Source: a virus (Duplodnaviria; Heunggongvirae; Uroviricota; Caudoviricetes). Taken from it: a DNA stretch of 64,000 nucleotides. Shown here in pieces: positions 60,840-64,000 of this stretch. The stretch is from IMG/VR virus record IMGVR_UViG_2687453623_000004. One strand, given 5' to 3'. The stretch's first letter is position 1. Each line of letters begins with the position of its first letter. A program made the position numbers and the translations under genes. The notes under the pieces are model-generated. The model was not told where the DNA came from. It made no database searches and worked only from the letters and a program-made list of their open reading frames with translations.

Positions 60840-61370
60840 TTATCCGGGATAAACAGTAATAACATCACCATCACAGACCACACCGCCTGTATACAGATAG
60901 CCGGGAATGTCCTGGATAATGTTCAGACCGATAAGGTGGCGACTTGCGGGTTTGGCATCGGCAATCAGCCGTTCCATTTCCAGATACATCTCCTCCGTGA
61001 TGCCGCTTTCCAGTACGCCGATATCAAGGCGGAAGGTTCCTGGCGGGTCGTTTGTCTCCCACCATTCCTTTACGTTAATGAGATAGCCGAGCGGCTCCAC
61101 CACACGCCGGATTGCGCCGACAGTGCCTTTATGACAATGAATGAAATAGGCATCGCGGATAACGGCGCGTTTTGTCGCTTCCGGCCACTTTTCATCCCAG
61201 CGGTCAACCGAAAATGACCACGCCAGCCACGGCAGTAGATTTGCCGGGCAGGTGTCCGGGTTCCACAGCTCACGAATACTGACCGGCGTTTTTTCAATTT
61301 CCGCACAGGCTTTTGCGGCGGCGACTTCAAGCGGTGATGAGCCAGTCGGCAGCAGTCGCGAATCACTCAT
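60840..61370 (-). CDS. I: Baseplate protein I
   Basis: 176 aa. Confidence 0.8.
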   Translation of the reverse strand: MSDSRLLPTGSSPLEVAAAKACAEIEKTPVSIRELWNPDTCPANLLPWLAWSFSVDRWDEKWPEATKRAVIRDAYFIHCHKGTVGAIRRVVEPLGYLINVKEWWETNDPPGTFRLDIGVLESGITEEMYLEMERLIADAKPASRHLIGLNIIQDIPGYLYTGGVVCDGDVITVYPG

Positions 61371-62271
61371 CCGAGCCTCCGGTCACGACGCTGTATTCGG
61401 TGCAGAAAGACGCCTGCGTACTGTTGAGCACAATGTCGGCCAGTGGTGCGGCCAGCTCGACACGCTGCACGCCTTCCACATGCAAAGCGGCATAAATGGC
61501 AGACAGACGGATGTCGCGCCCCAGCCGGTGCTGTGCCGTGATGTACGCTTCCAGTTTTTTCACGGCAGCAGCGCGGATGGGTTCGCTTTCGGGACCAGGG
61601 TAAAGGTAAAGCGTGGCGTTTATCTGGTATTCAACAATGGCGGCAGACTGCACGGTCACGCGGTCGGCCACCGGCCTGACGTCCTCGCCATTAAGGGCGT
61701 TACGCACCACCGCCAGCAGGTCTTCGGATGCCACACCGTTATTTTCACGTGACAGCACAGAGATGGTGACGCAGGCCGGAGACGGACTGGTGACAGAGAT
61801 ATCCGCGACACGCCCATCGGCACTGCGACCATGATACTGATAGGCTCCCACCGACCCGGCGACGCTTAAACCTTCAAACGCCTGCTGAATACGCAGACGA
61901 TAATCGGTGTCAGACTCCATCACTGCCGGTGTCGGCGGGATGGTCGAATCATCTGCCGGGGTGATAGTCAGGCGCGTGGTGTTGTAATTGGCACCAATCA
62001 CATCAAGGTCATTACCGGCTGCACAGGCCAGCATCACCGCCCGTGCAGCCTCATTCACACGCTGACGCCAGATAAGCTCACGATAAGCATTTTCCTCCAG
62101 CAGTTTGACGAGAGGCTCAGATTCCAGCGTCAGGGTACGGGCGACCGCCTCCTGCTGGTCTTCCGGGTAAAGGGAAATCAGTGTCGCCTTGCGTTCAGCG
62201 AGAATGGTTTCAAAGTCCAGCTCCTCGACCACATCCGGTGCGGGTAGCTGGTTCAGGTCGATAATCGGCAT
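61363..62271 (-). CDS. J: Baseplate assembly protein J
   Basis: 302 aa. Confidence 0.85.
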   Translation of the reverse strand: MPIIDLNQLPAPDVVEELDFETILAERKATLISLYPEDQQEAVARTLTLESEPLVKLLEENAYRELIWRQRVNEAARAVMLACAAGNDLDVIGANYNTTRLTITPADDSTIPPTPAVMESDTDYRLRIQQAFEGLSVAGSVGAYQYHGRSADGRVADISVTSPSPACVTISVLSRENNGVASEDLLAVVRNALNGEDVRPVADRVTVQSAAIVEYQINATLYLYPGPESEPIRAAAVKKLEAYITAQHRLGRDIRLSAIYAALHVEGVQRVELAAPLADIVLNSTQASFCTEYSVVTGGSDE

Positions 62272-62275
62272 GGTT

Positions 62276-62623
62276 TCAACTCACAGGGATGGTTAACGAA
62301 AGTGGCTGGCCGGTGTCGTTGTGCTGGCCGGTTAACGTGACCGTCATTCGCCCGTCAAAACTGCGCGCCGTAGTGACGGATGACAGGGTGACGCGGGGTT
62401 CCCATTTCAGCACGGCCATGTAACAGGCGACCTTAATCTGCAACTCAAGCGCCGGGGTCTGCGGCTGGTCAATCATTGACGCCAGCAACGAGCCGTAATC
62501 ACGACGCATCACCCGTGAGCCGACCGGTGTGCGCAGGATATCGCCGATACTCTGGCTGATATGCTCAAGGTCAGTGACAGTCAGGCCATCACTGCGATTC
62601 ATTCCGAGATAACGCGCTGTCAT
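62276..62623 (-). CDS. W: Baseplate wedge protein W
   Basis: 115 aa. Confidence 0.8.
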   Translation of the reverse strand: MTARYLGMNRSDGLTVTDLEHISQSIGDILRTPVGSRVMRRDYGSLLASMIDQPQTPALELQIKVACYMAVLKWEPRVTLSSVTTARSFDGRMTVTLTGQHNDTGQPLSLTIPVS

Positions 62624-63255
62624 AGAGGACTCCCGGTTGTGCCGCCGCTGTCGCCGGGGTGTTTATGGGTATGCAGTACCTTACCGTTTGATGAGAGTTC
62701 ACCGCCGGTGTGTTCAATGTTGCCGCGCATCGTCCCGCCCTTCTGCACTTTCAGCGTGCCGGTAATCAGCCTGTTGGTGCAGACCACCTCCGGTGTGTCC
62801 AGGGTGATGCGGGTTGATGCTTTCACCATGACCACCGGCACCGTGGCAGTAACAGAATCAGAAGCCGTCACGCTGGCCGTTTTAATTCCGCTTACCGTGA
62901 GTGCACTGGTTTCGGGTTCATACTCAATCACCGCCCCGTCAGGGAAACGGATATGCAGGGCATCAGCCGACGCAGACGGCGCGGGGTTATCGCCGGAATA
63001 AATCCCCGGCAGAACAAACGCCGTGTCAAGTTCACCACCCACGGCCAGAATCAGCACCTGTTCCCCCACGGAAGGTGCCCACCATGTGCGCGAACGTCCT
63101 GCGCGATGGGTCAGCCACTGAAGCCAGTCGGTGCACATGCCGCCGGTCTGCACACGGCAGCGACCGGCGTTAAGGTCGGTTTCGACGATAATGCCGGTGC
63201 GGATCATGTTGCGCAGTGCGCGCGCGAGTTCCTGAATATTTGCGAGAGTGTTCAT
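62620..63255 (-). CDS. V: Baseplate spike protein V
   Basis: 211 aa. Confidence 0.8.
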   Translation of the reverse strand: MNTLANIQELARALRNMIRTGIIVETDLNAGRCRVQTGGMCTDWLQWLTHRAGRSRTWWAPSVGEQVLILAVGGELDTAFVLPGIYSGDNPAPSASADALHIRFPDGAVIEYEPETSALTVSGIKTASVTASDSVTATVPVVMVKASTRITLDTPEVVCTNRLITGTLKVQKGGTMRGNIEHTGGELSSNGKVLHTHKHPGDSGGTTGSPL

Positions 63256-63321
63256 AACGGGAAGGATGCCGCCGGGTCATACCGGCGGCAATGTGACGAT
63301 GAGGTGTCGGGAATGGCACAA

Positions 63322-63774
63322 CTAACGGTCGAGGTGAGCCAGAATAATCTCTTCAATCATCTGCACATCCTCACCGGTAAAGCCGAGCAGAGGACGCGCC
63401 GGATAATCAATTTTCTTACCGTCTTTCCGGGTTTCTTCCGACAGACCGAACTGATGCACACTGGCGATTTTCGGCGACTTCCCGCCGTAAAATTCCATTG
63501 ATGCCTGTTCCGGGCTGGCGCGGATATGCAAAAAACGACTGGTGATAAGTTTCGCAAACATTTTTCGCTTAACACGACCGGTCTTTTTTCTGGCGCTCTG
63601 CTGCTGGCGTGGCGCGTAGGGTGTGCCGTCCGGGGCTTTCTGTGCCATCACCCGACGCTGCTGACTCTGCCGCAGACGCTTCGCCAGCTCTGCACTCAGC
63701 CGCCGACGCCCTGACGGTGACAGCGACTCAATCAGTCCGGTCAGCCGGTCTTCAAAACGCTTAAACTCATTCAT
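63322..63774 (-). CDS. S: Tail completion protein S
   Basis: 150 aa. Confidence 0.75.
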   Translation of the reverse strand: MNEFKRFEDRLTGLIESLSPSGRRRLSAELAKRLRQSQQRRVMAQKAPDGTPYAPRQQQSARKKTGRVKRKMFAKLITSRFLHIRASPEQASMEFYGGKSPKIASVHQFGLSEETRKDGKKIDYPARPLLGFTGEDVQMIEEIILAHLDR

Positions 63775-64000
63775 CCCACTTGCTCACCAGTTCGCCATTG
63801 ATATAAAGCTCCATCGGGCGGGTGACCGGCTCCGGCGGCGGGGGTTCCGGGATATTCTTCACATGCAGTGCGCCGTCCACCTCACTGACCAGCGTTCGCT
63901 CGGTCAGCATCAGGCTGATGCTGATATCAAAACTGCTGTCATTGTTGATGTCTGCATAAAACGTGAAGCCCTTTTTCTGGCCTGCGTCGGTGGTCATGAT
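63767..64000 (-). CDS. R: Tail completion protein R, C-terminal part (gene continues beyond the window)
   Basis: Position upstream of S; the track Met at 63997 is probably internal. Confidence 0.55.
   Translation of the reverse strand: MMTTDAGQKKGFTFYADINNDSSFDISISLMLTERTLVSEVDGALHVKNIPEPPPPEPVTRPMELYINGELVSKWDE

Larger units (their letters stand above)
46269..64000. mobile_element. P2-like prophage, ogr-proximal end through tail module (continues beyond the window); probably defective
   Basis: Gene order ogr-D-U-T-E-FII-FI-(cargo)-tfa-H-I-J-W-V-S-R with P2-matching sizes; T frameshifted, tfa split by an IS. Confidence 0.8.

Noticed and set aside
63767-63997. Treating the 76-aa ORF as a complete gene
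   Set aside because: The ATG is 3 nt from the window edge and the P2 R protein is about twice as long; more likely a C-terminal fragment of R continuing beyond 64000.

Overview
The window reads as Escherichia/Shigella-type chromosome carrying two prophages either side of a conserved core block. All calls are from reading the sequence and ORF track by eye; no searches or computations were run, and hand-counted coordinates may be off by a few nt. (1) Positions 17-37061 are a complete Mu-like transposable prophage of about 37 kb. It has TG...CA termini, imperfect terminal inverted repeats and a 6-bp target duplication (TTCTTC), and sits about 180 bp downstream of aroA. Its early operon (Ner-like, transposase, B-like ATPase, Gam, GemA, Mor) runs leftward to the left end, with a divergent repressor at 8.9 kb. 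Rightward lie a Dam-containing accessory block, a lysis cassette, head and contractile-tail genes, and a Gin-type invertible tail-fibre region with three crossover sites. (2) Positions 37239-46062 are core genes aroA, serC, ycaP, ycaO, focA and pflB. (3) From about 46269 to the window end is a P2-like prophage (ogr, D, U, T, E/E', FII, FI, cargo locus, tfa, H, I, J, W, V, S, R partial) integrated into the first codons of pflA. Its tape-measure gene T is frameshifted and its tail-fibre assembly gene is split by an IS21-family element (istA/istB, 7-bp duplication). The strongest candidate for an undescribed system is the AT-rich cargo locus in the P2 G/FI (Z/fun) hotspot at 52984-55038: a 158-aa protein and a divergently encoded 125-aa three-helix membrane protein, each with its own expression signals, plus two copies of a 24-bp hairpin repeat. 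I recognise neither protein; this is a hypothesis, not a demonstrated function. A second, weaker candidate is the Dam / P-loop accessory block at 9348-11625 in the Mu-like prophage.
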